Shown one piece after another: positions 27,661 to 37,761 of a stretch of DNA of 64,000 bases. The DNA comes from Planctomycetota bacterium (lineage in GTDB: Bacteria; Planctomycetota; UBA1135; UBA2386), in the NCBI GenBank assembly GCA_965223545.1, contig OZ245006.1, forward strand, positions 5,376,001 to 5,440,000, in the 5' to 3' direction. Below the pieces are notes generated by a model. The model was not told where the DNA came from. It saw nothing but the letters and a program-made list of their open reading frames with translations, and ran no database searches. A program made the position numbers and the translations under genes. How positions within the stretch are numbered: position 1 is the stretch's first letter; each line of letters starts with the position of its first letter.

Positions 27661-30225
27661 TCAGCGCCGCCGGACGCGCACGTCGCGAAACTGCACCACC
27701 GAGCCGTCGTGGTGTTGCTGAAACGCGATGTGTCCCGCGCCGTGCCGGCGCTCGGTGTCGGTCCAGTCGACCGTGCGGACGCCGTTGACCCACACTTCGA
27801 TCCGCGTGCCGGCTTCGGTATCGGAGCACCGCACGTGGAGCTCGAACCAAGTGTCGTCGAACGGGATCAACGGTGCCGTCACCGCGGCATGGTGGTAGAG
27901 ACTGCCGGTGCGCACCGGCTCGTTGGCCGCCGAGCGGTTGATCTGCGCTTCGTAGCCGATCGGCCACACCTCCCCGGGGGCGGCGCGGAAGAAGATCCCG
28001 GAGTTGCCGCGCGGGTTGATGCGGCACCGGGCGCGCAGCTCGAAATCGACGTAATCGCTGTCGGGCGAGAGCAGATGGCCGGTGCCGCCCTTGCCGGTGA
28101 GCACGCCGTCGCGCAGCCGCCACTGGCCGGCGCCGGTGCGCGGCCACGCATCGATGCCCTGCTCGCCCCACAACGGGCGCCAGCCGCCGTCGTCATCGGC
28201 GGCGGGCTCGGCCCGAACGCGCACGTTGCGCACCGCGGCACCGGTCGCAGCCTGGAACACGAGCGGGCCGTTCGCGGCGCCCGGGCTGCCGTCGATCGCG
28301 GCCAGCGCGACGTCGCGCCGGACGGTTTCCCCGTTGACCGCGAGGCTGCGCAGCACCGCACCGCTGCTCGTTCCCGTCGTCGGAGCGTCGTCGATGGCGT
28401 ACTCGAGCCGCAGCCGGTTCCACTCGCCCGCGCCCTGGCCCATACCGGCGTCCACGGGGACGGGGTAGCGGTCCGCCAGCAGCAGGGTCGCGGCGCCCTT
28501 GCGCGGTAGCATCAGGTCGAGCTCGAGCGTGGCGCTCCCCCACTCGAAGTGGGATCTCAGCGTGCCGCCCCGCGCGCTGCCGAGCACGCGGTCGCCGTTG
28601 CCGAGGGTCAGAACCCCCGCCTCGGGTGCCGGCGTCGGATGATCGGCAAGGGCGAATCCCTCGGCGGAGAAGCCGTCGAGCGCGCCGCCGTCGGTGAGGT
28701 GCACCCACCCCTCGGCGTCCTGCTCGCGCGTCTGCGGTGGGGGGACCGCGCGCGCGATCTGCTTGGTGGTCGCCGGCCCGTGCGGAAGCTGGTTGAGGGT
28801 GTAGTCCACCTGCTCGTGCAGCAGGGGCGTGCCATCGACCGCCCGCACCCCGCGCAGCACGAGGCGCGTCATGTAGCCGGCGCGCAGATCGTCGAAGCGC
28901 ACGGTGAGGACGGTGCGGTCCTCGCTCAATGCGACCGACACCGGCGTCAGCGCGCGCGTGTCGAGCTCGGACGAGCCGTACTTCCAGTAGTAAGCGTAGT
29001 CGTACTGGGAGGCTTCGATCTGCGCCGGCGCCGGCACCGCGCCCAGGGGCTGGGTGAACTCGATGTCGAAGCCGTCCTGCAGCAGGTGGACGCGCCGCAT
29101 CTCCAGCGGAACCACGCCGGTGAAGCGCACGCGGCCGATGCCATGGCTGGGCCCTTCACCACCCCAACCCCGGTTGGTCAGACCGACCATGAGGCTGCCA
29201 TCGGGGGCGAAGCAAAGCCGGTGTGCCGAACCCACGCCGCCGCGGAAGCGGAACACCGCTCCTTGGTACTCGCCGCGCACTCGCTCGAGCTGGCAACGCG
29301 CCAACAGACCGTTGGTCAGCTCGGCGGCGAAGAGCTGTCCGTCGAACGGGCCGAACGCGCCGCCGCTGCGGTCGGCCACGACGTTGCCGGTCGAGCGCGA
29401 GAGCTCGTAGGGAAACCAGACGGCGGCGGGGCGGCGCGGCTCGGGAGGTGGCTCGTACCATTCGGGCAGACGGTCGTCGTTGCGGTAGTGGGCCGACCAG
29501 CGCAGCGAGGCGGGGTGGCCGTAGAAGCCGCCCTTGACGACGTGGTACAGCGGGCACACCGGCGACCAGTCGCCCTGGTTGTCGGTGGCGAACAGGTCGC
29601 CTTCGGCGTTGACGCCGAGGCCGTCCGGACTGCGAAACCCACTGGCCCAAGGAGTCGTCGTGCCGTCGGGGCGGATCTGCAGGATCCAGCCGCGGTACTC
29701 GGCATTGGATTGTCCCACGTACCAGTACGGATCGAAGAACCCGACGTTGAGCGAGACGTAGAAGTTGCCGTCGCGGTCGCGCGGCAGGCCGTAGGCGAAC
29801 TCGTGGTAGTTGCCCGTGCAACCCCACTGGTCGGAGATCACTTCGATCCGGTCGCAGCGGTCGTCGCCGTCGGTGTCGAGCAGGCGCGACAGCTCGGTGC
29901 GTTGCACGACGTGGATGACGTCGTCGACCACCGCGAGGCCGAGTCCTTCCATCAGCCCCTCGGCGAACAGAGTGAACCGGGCCGCGCCGGGGTCGTCGTC
30001 GAGGGCGCCGTCGACCAGCCACACCTGGCCGCGCCGCGTGCTCACCACCAGCCGGCCGCCGCTGGTGAAGTCGATCCCGCCGACCTCCATCTCGACGCCG
30101 GCGGGCAGCGGCAGGTGCTCGACGCGGTAGTGATCTTGTTCGGCCGCGGGGCGCGACTCTTGTGCCGCGACCGCGATCGGTGCGATCCCGGTGAAGACGG
30201 CGGCCATCGGCAGGAATCGGCTCAT
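27661..30225 (-). CDS. Secreted glucose/sorbosone-dehydrogenase-like propeller protein with C-terminal DUF1080 (3-keto-disaccharide hydrolase-like) domain(s)
   Basis: YHEFAYG, GFRSPDG, TDNQGDW, GFYGHP; C-terminal DFEL…GNSGIFF…YEAQI…TGSLY…GHIAFQQH…FRDVRVR. Confidence 0.8.
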   Translation of the reverse strand: MSRFLPMAAVFTGIAPIAVAAQESRPAAEQDHYRVEHLPLPAGVEMEVGGIDFTSGGRLVVSTRRGQVWLVDGALDDDPGAARFTLFAEGLMEGLGLAVVDDVIHVVQRTELSRLLDTDGDDRCDRIEVISDQWGCTGNYHEFAYGLPRDRDGNFYVSLNVGFFDPYWYVGQSNAEYRGWILQIRPDGTTTPWASGFRSPDGLGVNAEGDLFATDNQGDWSPVCPLYHVVKGGFYGHPASLRWSAHYRNDDRLPEWYEPPPEPRRPAAVWFPYELSRSTGNVVADRSGGAFGPFDGQLFAAELTNGLLARCQLERVRGEYQGAVFRFRGGVGSAHRLCFAPDGSLMVGLTNRGWGGEGPSHGIGRVRFTGVVPLEMRRVHLLQDGFDIEFTQPLGAVPAPAQIEASQYDYAYYWKYGSSELDTRALTPVSVALSEDRTVLTVRFDDLRAGYMTRLVLRGVRAVDGTPLLHEQVDYTLNQLPHGPATTKQIARAVPPPQTREQDAEGWVHLTDGGALDGFSAEGFALADHPTPAPEAGVLTLGNGDRVLGSARGGTLRSHFEWGSATLELDLMLPRKGAATLLLADRYPVPVDAGMGQGAGEWNRLRLEYAIDDAPTTGTSSGAVLRSLAVNGETVRRDVALAAIDGSPGAANGPLVFQAATGAAVRNVRVRAEPAADDDGGWRPLWGEQGIDAWPRTGAGQWRLRDGVLTGKGGTGHLLSPDSDYVDFELRARCRINPRGNSGIFFRAAPGEVWPIGYEAQINRSAANEPVRTGSLYHHAAVTAPLIPFDDTWFELHVRCSDTEAGTRIEVWVNGVRTVDWTDTERRHGAGHIAFQQHHDGSVVQFRDVRVRRR

Positions 30226-31325
30226 GGTCGCACCTCTCCGGTGACGCGGTCGACGGAAGTCGGGTCGAAGCTGCGCGTGCGCAGGTAGGCGATGGTCAGC
30301 GTCGTGGCTCCTGCCGGCAGCGCTGCCCGGACGCCGGTGTCGTCGTTGGCCAAGATGCCGTTGGCCGTCGCGTGCAGAACCAACCAGACGTGCGGCAGTG
30401 GGTCGCCGTCGGCCGTGCCGATCCGCCACGCGGCGGTGCCGCCGTCGTCGACGTCGCGCAGCAGCAGGCGCGCGCCGTTGGGAAGCCGGCCGGCGTCGAA
30501 GGTGACCGGCCTGCGCAGATCCACGTGCAGCGTGCGCCGCAGGCCGACTCCGCCACTCAGCGAAACCAACGCCACGGACTCGGCGATGGTGCCGATTCGA
30601 CGGTGTGCGTGGTCGAGCAGGCGGTACTCGAGGTGCGCGGTCGCCCCGTCGACTTCGGTCGCGGCCAGCATCGCGCGCACCGGCGCGCCGTCGGCGCCGC
30701 CGAAGCTAGGCCCCGGGTCACCGCCGTCGACGGCGAAGAACGGCGCCCCCAGCAGCGCGAGCGGCGTCCCTCCGCGGCCGCGCCAGTCGGTGCGCTCGGC
30801 GAGCTCGCCGCGGCGCACTTCGAGCAACCGGAGGTCATCGGTGCGGAACACCGCGTTGAGTCCGCCCGGGATCCCGGCCAGCAGGCCACGGGCCAACGGC
30901 AGCTCGCCGGCGCGGCGCGCCGGCAGGTGGCCGCGCGCGATCACCGCGGCCTCCCGCACGGCGAGCCGTCGCTCGGCGGGCGATGCCTCGCTCGCCTTGG
31001 GCATCAAGCCGAGCACGTGTCGCGTGAGGCTGCGCAGCCGGGCGTCGGCGAGCGAGGCGCCGAAGGCGGGCATGTGCGGGGGAATGCCGCGCCGAATGGT
31101 CTGGTAGATCGCCTCCTCGGTGTTGCCGAACGAGAACTGGCCCGAGGTCAGATCGCGTGGCCGGGGGTCGGTCTTCGTCGGGCCGTCGCCCTTGCCGCCG
31201 TCGCCGTGGCAAGTGGCGCACAGCTGGCGGAACAACAGGGCGCCGACCGCGGCGTCATCCTGCGCCGTGGCTGGAACGGCGGAGAGCGGCAGCAGCAGGG
31301 CGACCGCGATGCGGGAGACGAGCAT
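30222..31325 (-). CDS. Cytochrome c domain protein
   Basis: Signal peptide; CATCHG…G.GDG…PRDL…TIRRG…MPAF; ATGA overlap with downstream gene. Confidence 0.85.
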   Translation of the reverse strand: MLVSRIAVALLLPLSAVPATAQDDAAVGALLFRQLCATCHGDGGKGDGPTKTDPRPRDLTSGQFSFGNTEEAIYQTIRRGIPPHMPAFGASLADARLRSLTRHVLGLMPKASEASPAERRLAVREAAVIARGHLPARRAGELPLARGLLAGIPGGLNAVFRTDDLRLLEVRRGELAERTDWRGRGGTPLALLGAPFFAVDGGDPGPSFGGADGAPVRAMLAATEVDGATAHLEYRLLDHAHRRIGTIAESVALVSLSGGVGLRRTLHVDLRRPVTFDAGRLPNGARLLLRDVDDGGTAAWRIGTADGDPLPHVWLVLHATANGILANDDTGVRAALPAGATTLTIAYLRTRSFDPTSVDRVTGEVRP

Positions 31326-31393
31326 GGCGGCCGGCAGCGTATCCCGGCGAGCGGCGACGGCAAAACTCAGGCGTGCTGCTACGGTAGGCGGTG

Positions 31394-32188
31394 ATGGCCA
31401 AGCCACTGCTCGGTGTCGTCCACTTGGGTCCGTTGCCGTCGGCGCCGCGCGGCGGCGGTGGCACGGCCGCATTCGAGGCCGTGCTGGCGGCCGCGTTGCA
31501 CGACGCGCGCGCGCTGCGCGAGGGCGGAGTGGATGGCGTGATGGTGGAGAACTTCGGCGATGCACCGTTTCGCAAGGGCACTCGCGATGCGCCGGTGAGT
31601 CCCGATGTGCCCGCTGCGTTGGCGGTCGTGGCGCGCGCGGTGCGCGCCGAGACGTCTCTGCCGGTCGGCATCAACTGTCTGCGCAATGACGGCGTCGCCG
31701 CCCTCGGGGCGGCGGTGATCGCCGGCGCCGCGTGGGTGCGCGTCAACGTGCTGTCGGGGAGCTACGTCACCGACCAGGGGCGCATCGACGGCGAGGCCGA
31801 TCGGGTGCTGGGATTCCGGCGCACGGTCGGCACCGATGCTCTGTTGTTGGCCGATGTGTTCGTCAAGCACGCGGCCCCGCTCGCGCCGATCCCGGTCGAG
31901 GTGGCGGCGCGCGACGTGGCGGCGCGTTCGGGTGCCGACGGCCTGATCGTGTCGGGTCCGCGGACGGGGGCGCCGCCGACCGTCGAGTTTCTCGACACGG
32001 TCGCCGCCGCGGTGGCGCCGTTTCCGGTGTGGCTCGGTTCCGGACTCGATGTCGACAACGCCGCCGCCCTCTGGCCGCGGTGCAGTGGTGCGATCGTCGG
32101 CACCGCCGTGAAGCGCGACGGCGCGGTGCACAATCCGGTCGATCCGGCGCGCGTGGCTGCGCTGCGCGCGGCGATCGACCGCGCCTGA
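31394..32188 (+). CDS. BtpA/SgcQ family protein
   Basis: GVVHL.PLP, ENFGDAPF, GIN.LRND, ADV.VKH, ADGLIVSG..TG, GSG, IVGT..K. Confidence 0.92.
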   Translation: MAKPLLGVVHLGPLPSAPRGGGGTAAFEAVLAAALHDARALREGGVDGVMVENFGDAPFRKGTRDAPVSPDVPAALAVVARAVRAETSLPVGINCLRNDGVAALGAAVIAGAAWVRVNVLSGSYVTDQGRIDGEADRVLGFRRTVGTDALLLADVFVKHAAPLAPIPVEVAARDVAARSGADGLIVSGPRTGAPPTVEFLDTVAAAVAPFPVWLGSGLDVDNAAALWPRCSGAIVGTAVKRDGAVHNPVDPARVAALRAAIDRA

Positions 32189-32248
32189 CGGCGGCGGGCA
32201 TCACCCCTGGGGCACAGGCCCGGCGCGTGTTTCGCCGAAGACAGAGGG

Positions 32249-33262
32249 GTGAAGGTCTTGTTCCTGACGCCGTCGCCGACCGAGCTGTTCCGCGGCTCTG
32301 CCGGCACCGTGGGGCGCTATCGCATGGGGCTGCAGCGCCGCGGCCACCTGTGCGAGGTCGTCGGCGACACGCAGGACGGCGAGCTCAAGGAGTCCCTCGA
32401 GGGGGTCGTCGGCCGCTTCCGGCCCGACATCGTGCACGCGCACCACGCCAGCCGCACGGGGGTGTCCCTGCTGGGCTTGCGCTTGCCGTGGGTGGTGTCG
32501 ATGGCCGGCGAGGACTTCCACCAGGATCTCCATTGCGAGGAGCGCGGCCCACACGTCTGCGAGGTGTTCCGGCGCGCGCACCGCGTGCTGGTGCCGAGCG
32601 CCGGCTTGGCGGCGGCGGTCGAGCTGCGGTTTCCCGAGTGTGTCGGCAAGATCGACGTGGTGCCGCGCGCGGCGCCGGCGCTCGTCACCGAAGGCACCGA
32701 CCTGCGCCGCTCGCTCGGCATCTCGCGCAGCCGCTTCCTGATCCTGCTGCCCAACGGGCTGCGTCCGGTACAGGGGCAGCACCGGGCCCTGTCGCTGGTG
32801 GCGACGCTGCGCCAGAGTGGCGTCGATGCCGAGATGATCGTCGTCGGGCCGCGGCAGGACGAGGAGTACGCCGAGGAGCTCACCCGCCAGGCCGCCGAGC
32901 TGGAGGGAGTGCGCGTGCTGCCCCCGCTGTCGCGCGAGCGCATGGGAGCGGCCTATCGCGACGCCGACGTCGTGCTCAACACCTCGCTCGGCGAAGCGAT
33001 GAGTGCCTGCGTGCTGGAGGCCGGCACGCTGGCGCGGCCGGTGGTCGCCGCCAACGCCGCCGGCAACCCGGACCTGATCCGGCACAAGGTGACCGGCCTG
33101 TTGTTCGACAACGAGGAGCAGATGGCCAAGCAGGTCTTGGCGGTGGCGCGCAACCGCGCCGCGGCGGGGGCGATGGGCGTGCGGCTGCGCGAGGATCTGT
33201 GGCACCGGTTCGATCCCGAGCGCGAGCTGGACTGTCTGTTGTCCGCCTACGCTGCGGCCTGA
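32249..33262 (+). CDS. Glycosyltransferase family 4 (GT-B)
   Basis: RPDIVHAHHA, ADVVLNTS..E…VLEA…PVVA…GNPDLI…TGLLF. Confidence 0.85.
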   Translation: MKVLFLTPSPTELFRGSAGTVGRYRMGLQRRGHLCEVVGDTQDGELKESLEGVVGRFRPDIVHAHHASRTGVSLLGLRLPWVVSMAGEDFHQDLHCEERGPHVCEVFRRAHRVLVPSAGLAAAVELRFPECVGKIDVVPRAAPALVTEGTDLRRSLGISRSRFLILLPNGLRPVQGQHRALSLVATLRQSGVDAEMIVVGPRQDEEYAEELTRQAAELEGVRVLPPLSRERMGAAYRDADVVLNTSLGEAMSACVLEAGTLARPVVAANAAGNPDLIRHKVTGLLFDNEEQMAKQVLAVARNRAAAGAMGVRLREDLWHRFDPERELDCLLSAYAAA

Positions 33263-33298
33263 GGGGCTGGGGCGTCTCGACCGGGACTGTCCTCGGTC

Positions 33299-35197
33299 TC
33301 AGCGCTTGCCCGGCCAGAGTTTCTCGATTGCCCCCGGCAGCTGCTGGCGGGCGTTCTCGACACCCGACTCGAGGGCTTTCTCGATGGTGCTGCTGGCGCC
33401 GGGTGGCGTCGCGCCGCGCAGGAGCTCGTCGACGGGCAGTTGGTCGATGGCGGTGTTCGCCCAACCGCGCAGCTCTTGCGCGAGCCGCGCCTGGCCGCGC
33501 TCGGCGATGGCGTCGGCGAGGGCGTCGGCGTCGAGGGCGAGCTGCGGGGTCGCGATCGGGCCGCGCACCGCGATCGTGGCGGGCAGCGTGTCGATGGCGA
33601 AGCGCTCGCCGCGCAGCGAGAGGGTGGTATCACGGCAGGCGATCTGCAGTGGGAGGTCGACCCGGTGGCCCTGGCCGTCCCGGCGCACGGTGCCGCGCAG
33701 GCTGAGTGAAGCGGTGCCGCCGTGCAGGGGCAGGCCCGCGATCGAGGCGCGCAGGGCGTCGATCTCGATTGCCGGCAGGGCCAGGTCGACGGTGACGGCT
33801 CCCGGTCCGGTGTGGGCCAGCGTCAGCGCGCGGTCACTCGGCCCGGACACCGTGAGCTCGGTGTCCTCCGCGACGCGGTCGGGATGTGAGCTCAGGTTGC
33901 GCGCGCGTACCGAGAGCGTGCAGTCGAGCCCCGGCACGGCGATGCCGTCGATCGCCATCTCGCGCACCAACCAAGTCGGATGCGCGCTGCGCACGTGGGC
34001 TGCGACGAGGTCGTCCAGTGGGGTTTCGAGGCGTGGCCCCGGCTCGTCCGCACCACCTCCATCGCCGGGCGGCGCGTCGGGGGCTTCACCGCCCTCCGTC
34101 GCCGGCGGAGTGATGCGGTCGATCCAGTCGGCCAGGGTGTCGAGGTGGTTCCGCACCGCCTGCGCCAGCTCGAGGGCCTCGGCCGCGGTGATGGGTTTGT
34201 CGTCCGCCGGTGGGTCGGTTGGTGCCGGCGCGGTGGGCGGCGGCGCGGTGCGCTCGCCGGGGATCGCGCGCCGCGAACCGGAGCGCGCGCCCAGAGCGGT
34301 GAGGGTCTCGATCTCGAGCCGGCCGGCGAGCAGCGCGCTGGTCGAGACATCGAGCCTGAGCTCATCGGCGGTGAACGCGTCGTGGTCGAGCCTGCGTGGG
34401 TCGGCCATCGCGACGCCGCGCAGGGCGATGCGACCGCGCATCAGATCGAGCTCGGCGCCGGCGACGTCGACGGTGGCTCCGTTCCACTGGGTCAGGGCGC
34501 CGGCCGCCGCCGTGCGCAGCCGCGCGCTGCCGAAATGCGCCTGAGCCCACCAACCGGCGGCGACGAGGGCGCCGGCGGCGGCGAGCCCCGACCAACGCAC
34601 CGGTACGCCGCGTCCGCGGCGCGCGGCGATCTCTCCCCAGGAGTCGCGGCGCTTGGCGCGCCCGAGCATCAGCCAACTCGCCAGCCGCACCGAGCGTCGC
34701 GCGCGCCACGCGCTCCAGCGCTCCGACTCCTCGGTCGCCGCCATGCGGTTGCGAATGGCGCACAGCGCGCGCCACCAAGCCCAGCCGCTCGCGGCGCCGA
34801 GTGCGACCCCCAGCACGATTCCGCCGCTGACGGCGTAGTGGTCCAGGCCAAACCAGGCGAGCCAAGGGGCGTTGGCGATTGACGTCAGGAGCGGTTTCGT
34901 CGGGCCGTCGAGCAACACCTCGCCAATGGCGACCGCCGCGGGGAGGAGCGGAGCCGAAGCCAGCGACGCCAGGCCGGCGGTCAGGGCGACCAGGCCGAGA
35001 TTGGTGTTGAGGATCAAGGCCAGCGCCAGCCAGGTGAGGGCCGGAGCCGGCGCCTGCACGAGGCCTTCCCCCAGACTGCCGCCGAGGGCGATGCCGGGCG
35101 CGAAGCCGAGCAGGCCACCGAGCAAGCAGGCGAGGACGACCTGGCTGCGGGTGGCCTGGCCCCGCAGGATTCCGGCGATGTGCTTGAGGGCTCCCAT
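33299..35197 (-). CDS. Membrane protein, apparent TIGR03546 (DUF2062-like) + TIGR03545/AsmA-like fusion
   Basis: N-terminal multi-TM part (LRG.AT..Q…LG…GF.P), then beta-rich NGATVD…G.I…MADP domain; GGAG-like SD before ATG 35197. Confidence 0.55.
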   Translation of the reverse strand: MGALKHIAGILRGQATRSQVVLACLLGGLLGFAPGIALGGSLGEGLVQAPAPALTWLALALILNTNLGLVALTAGLASLASAPLLPAAVAIGEVLLDGPTKPLLTSIANAPWLAWFGLDHYAVSGGIVLGVALGAASGWAWWRALCAIRNRMAATEESERWSAWRARRSVRLASWLMLGRAKRRDSWGEIAARRGRGVPVRWSGLAAAGALVAAGWWAQAHFGSARLRTAAAGALTQWNGATVDVAGAELDLMRGRIALRGVAMADPRRLDHDAFTADELRLDVSTSALLAGRLEIETLTALGARSGSRRAIPGERTAPPPTAPAPTDPPADDKPITAAEALELAQAVRNHLDTLADWIDRITPPATEGGEAPDAPPGDGGGADEPGPRLETPLDDLVAAHVRSAHPTWLVREMAIDGIAVPGLDCTLSVRARNLSSHPDRVAEDTELTVSGPSDRALTLAHTGPGAVTVDLALPAIEIDALRASIAGLPLHGGTASLSLRGTVRRDGQGHRVDLPLQIACRDTTLSLRGERFAIDTLPATIAVRGPIATPQLALDADALADAIAERGQARLAQELRGWANTAIDQLPVDELLRGATPPGASSTIEKALESGVENARQQLPGAIEKLWPGKR

Positions 35198-35374
35198 CTC
35201 CTCTGTATCGGGTGGAAGGTGCGTTGGGCTTGGCGGGCGCAGACAAGTTGCGGTGGACCGTGTTTGGGGCCGCACCGGCCACCACGCGCAGAGTATGATC
35301 GATGGCGGTCCTGCCTCCCTCTTCCCACGGCCCACATGGGCGGCAACGCCCCGTGACAACGCGCTTGAGCCAAA

Positions 35375-37708
35375 ATGTCCGCCACCCTCGCTCTAGTCGT
35401 GCTCGCTGGTCTCTCCAGCGCAGCTCCACAGGACTCTCCCTACACCGCGCCCGCTGACGACCGCTTGCACCTTCGGTACAAGGCGTTCGACCCGGTCACC
35501 GACCGGCCGGCGATGCCGCTCGAGCTCCGCGCCCGCGCGGCGGGTCGGCTGTTCATCGTCCAGTTCCACGGCGCGTTGACCGAGGCCGGCCGCCAGAGCC
35601 TGCGCGACGCCGGTGCCGAGGTGCACACCTATCTGCCCGAGCGGGCCTACGTGGTGCGGGCGACGCGGGACGTGGCGGCCGCAATCTCGGGCTTGCCCGC
35701 GGTCCGCTGGGTCGAGGCTCTGCACCCCGCCTACCGCATCGACCCGGCGCTGATCGCTCCCACCCTGGATCAGGGTGCCGAGATGCCGACGCGCTACAAC
35801 GTGCTCGTCGTCGACTACCGCCAGGACGCGCCCGGGGTCGAGCGGTTCATCGGGGCGATCGGTGGGACCGTCGACCTCGCCGCGGGCGGCGGACCGCTGG
35901 TCGTCGCTACGTTGAGCCGCGGCCAGCTCCTACAGGTGCTGCACCACGACGGCGTGCTGTGGGTCGACCGGTGGGTTCCGGAGGAGCCGGACATGGACAA
36001 CGCCCGCCTGCAGACCGGGGCGGAGATGCTGCACGGGCTGGCGGTGCCGGTCGACGGCAAGGGCATCAACGCGCATTCGTACGACACCGGGTTCCAGATC
36101 AATCACCCCGAGCTGCGGGCGCGGGCGCCCTACCGGCAGACGCCGATCGTGGTCGGCGGCAACTCCGGTTCGGTTTCACACGGCACCAGTGTGATCGGCA
36201 TCATCGCGTCCGAGGGGCGTCGGGCGCGCGAACGCGGCCTGCTGCCATTCGCCCAGCCGCTGGTCACGGCGTTTGGCACGATGGCGCGCTATCAGCTGGC
36301 GCGCAATCTGCGGGATCCGCTCGGACCGTACAAGGCGCTGACCTCGACTTCGTCGGTCAGCGGGGGCTTGACCCTCAGCTACAACAGCGTTTCCTCGACC
36401 ACGGACCGGTGGATCTTCGATTTCGATCTGCTCTATACGCAGAGCCAGAGCAACCAGGGCAGCCGGTTCTCTCGGCCGGAAGCGTGGGCGAAGAACACCG
36501 CGAGTGTCAGCGGGCTGCAGCACTTCAACAACCCCGACCCCCTCGACGATCGCTTCGACCAGGGCTCGAGCCGTGGGCCGGCATCGGACGGTCGGATCGG
36601 GGTCACGTTCTGTGCGTACTTCAGCCGCATCAACACCATTACGAGTGGAAGTGGCTACACCGCGACCTTCGGTGGTACCTCGGGCGCGACACCGATGATC
36701 AACGGCCTCTGCGGGCTCTTGATCAACATGTTCACCGATGGCGAGTTCGGCTACCCGGGCGTCACGTGGCAGAACCGTTTCGGTGCCGAGCCGCACTTCA
36801 CCACGACCAAGGCGTTGGGCATGGCGACGACCCAGCCGATGCCGATCGCGCGCGGTGCGCGGGTCGAGCAGGGCTGGGGTCTGATCAACGTCGGTGATGC
36901 ATACAACGACCGCGACAAGATGCTCGTCTTGGACGAGGAGGATGTGCTCTCCCAAGGGCAGTCGCGCACCTACTTCGTCTTCTCGCCTGGCGGCCGCAAC
37001 CTCCGCGTGGCGATGACCTACGCCGACCCGCCGGCGTCGGCCGGCGCGACGATCCACCGGATCAACAGTCTGGATCTGCAAGTCGTGGCGCCCGATGGAA
37101 CCGCGTACTGGGGCAACAACGGCTTGACGGCCAGCAACGACAGCGCGCCGGGCGGCGTGGCGAACGACCGCGACACCGAGGAGTGTGTCTGGCTGACGAC
37201 CGCTCAGCGCGGCGTCTACCGCGTGGTCGTGAGTGCGCCGGCGATCCGCGCCGACGGCCACGTCGAGACCGCGGCCGTCGACGCCGACTTCGCGCTGGTC
37301 GTGCGCGGCATCGGCGGCGGGCGCGACACGTCGGGGATGGTGCTCGACGTGATCTCGAGCCAACCGGGGCAGCTCGACGTGGCCCTGTCCAACGTGCCGG
37401 CGGCAGGTTGGGCGACGGGGTGGACCTTGTTCTCGGCCAACACGCAGCGGCTGCCGTCGCTCGGCAACTTCCTCGGCATCGAGATCGATTCGCTGACCCT
37501 CGCCACCATCGGCCTCGCGCCGAGTGCCGGCAACGTGTTCTCGTTCACCAACGCCGGGCCGAGCGTCTACCCGTATGCCACCTTCCAGTTCCCGGCCGGC
37601 TTGGCACTCGCCCTGCAGGGGCTGACCTTCGACGCGACGACGGCCTTGCTCGATGGCCAGGGCAACGTCGTCGCGGTCTCCAACGTCGACCGGGTCACCG
37701 TGCAGTGA
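35375..37708 (+). CDS. S8 family (subtilisin-like) serine peptidase, secreted, with C-terminal accessory domain
   Basis: Signal peptide and propeptide; triad YDTG / SHGT / GTSGATP; oxyanion SQSN; EQGWG; galactose-binding-like domain (DLQVVAPDG.YWGN). Confidence 0.9.
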   Translation: MSATLALVVLAGLSSAAPQDSPYTAPADDRLHLRYKAFDPVTDRPAMPLELRARAAGRLFIVQFHGALTEAGRQSLRDAGAEVHTYLPERAYVVRATRDVAAAISGLPAVRWVEALHPAYRIDPALIAPTLDQGAEMPTRYNVLVVDYRQDAPGVERFIGAIGGTVDLAAGGGPLVVATLSRGQLLQVLHHDGVLWVDRWVPEEPDMDNARLQTGAEMLHGLAVPVDGKGINAHSYDTGFQINHPELRARAPYRQTPIVVGGNSGSVSHGTSVIGIIASEGRRARERGLLPFAQPLVTAFGTMARYQLARNLRDPLGPYKALTSTSSVSGGLTLSYNSVSSTTDRWIFDFDLLYTQSQSNQGSRFSRPEAWAKNTASVSGLQHFNNPDPLDDRFDQGSSRGPASDGRIGVTFCAYFSRINTITSGSGYTATFGGTSGATPMINGLCGLLINMFTDGEFGYPGVTWQNRFGAEPHFTTTKALGMATTQPMPIARGARVEQGWGLINVGDAYNDRDKMLVLDEEDVLSQGQSRTYFVFSPGGRNLRVAMTYADPPASAGATIHRINSLDLQVVAPDGTAYWGNNGLTASNDSAPGGVANDRDTEECVWLTTAQRGVYRVVVSAPAIRADGHVETAAVDADFALVVRGIGGGRDTSGMVLDVISSQPGQLDVALSNVPAAGWATGWTLFSANTQRLPSLGNFLGIEIDSLTLATIGLAPSAGNVFSFTNAGPSVYPYATFQFPAGLALALQGLTFDATTALLDGQGNVVAVSNVDRVTVQ

Positions 37709-37761
37709 CCGCGCGGCGCGGCGCGCTGGGGTAGGATGCGGGCTCCAACTCGGAGCCGTCC

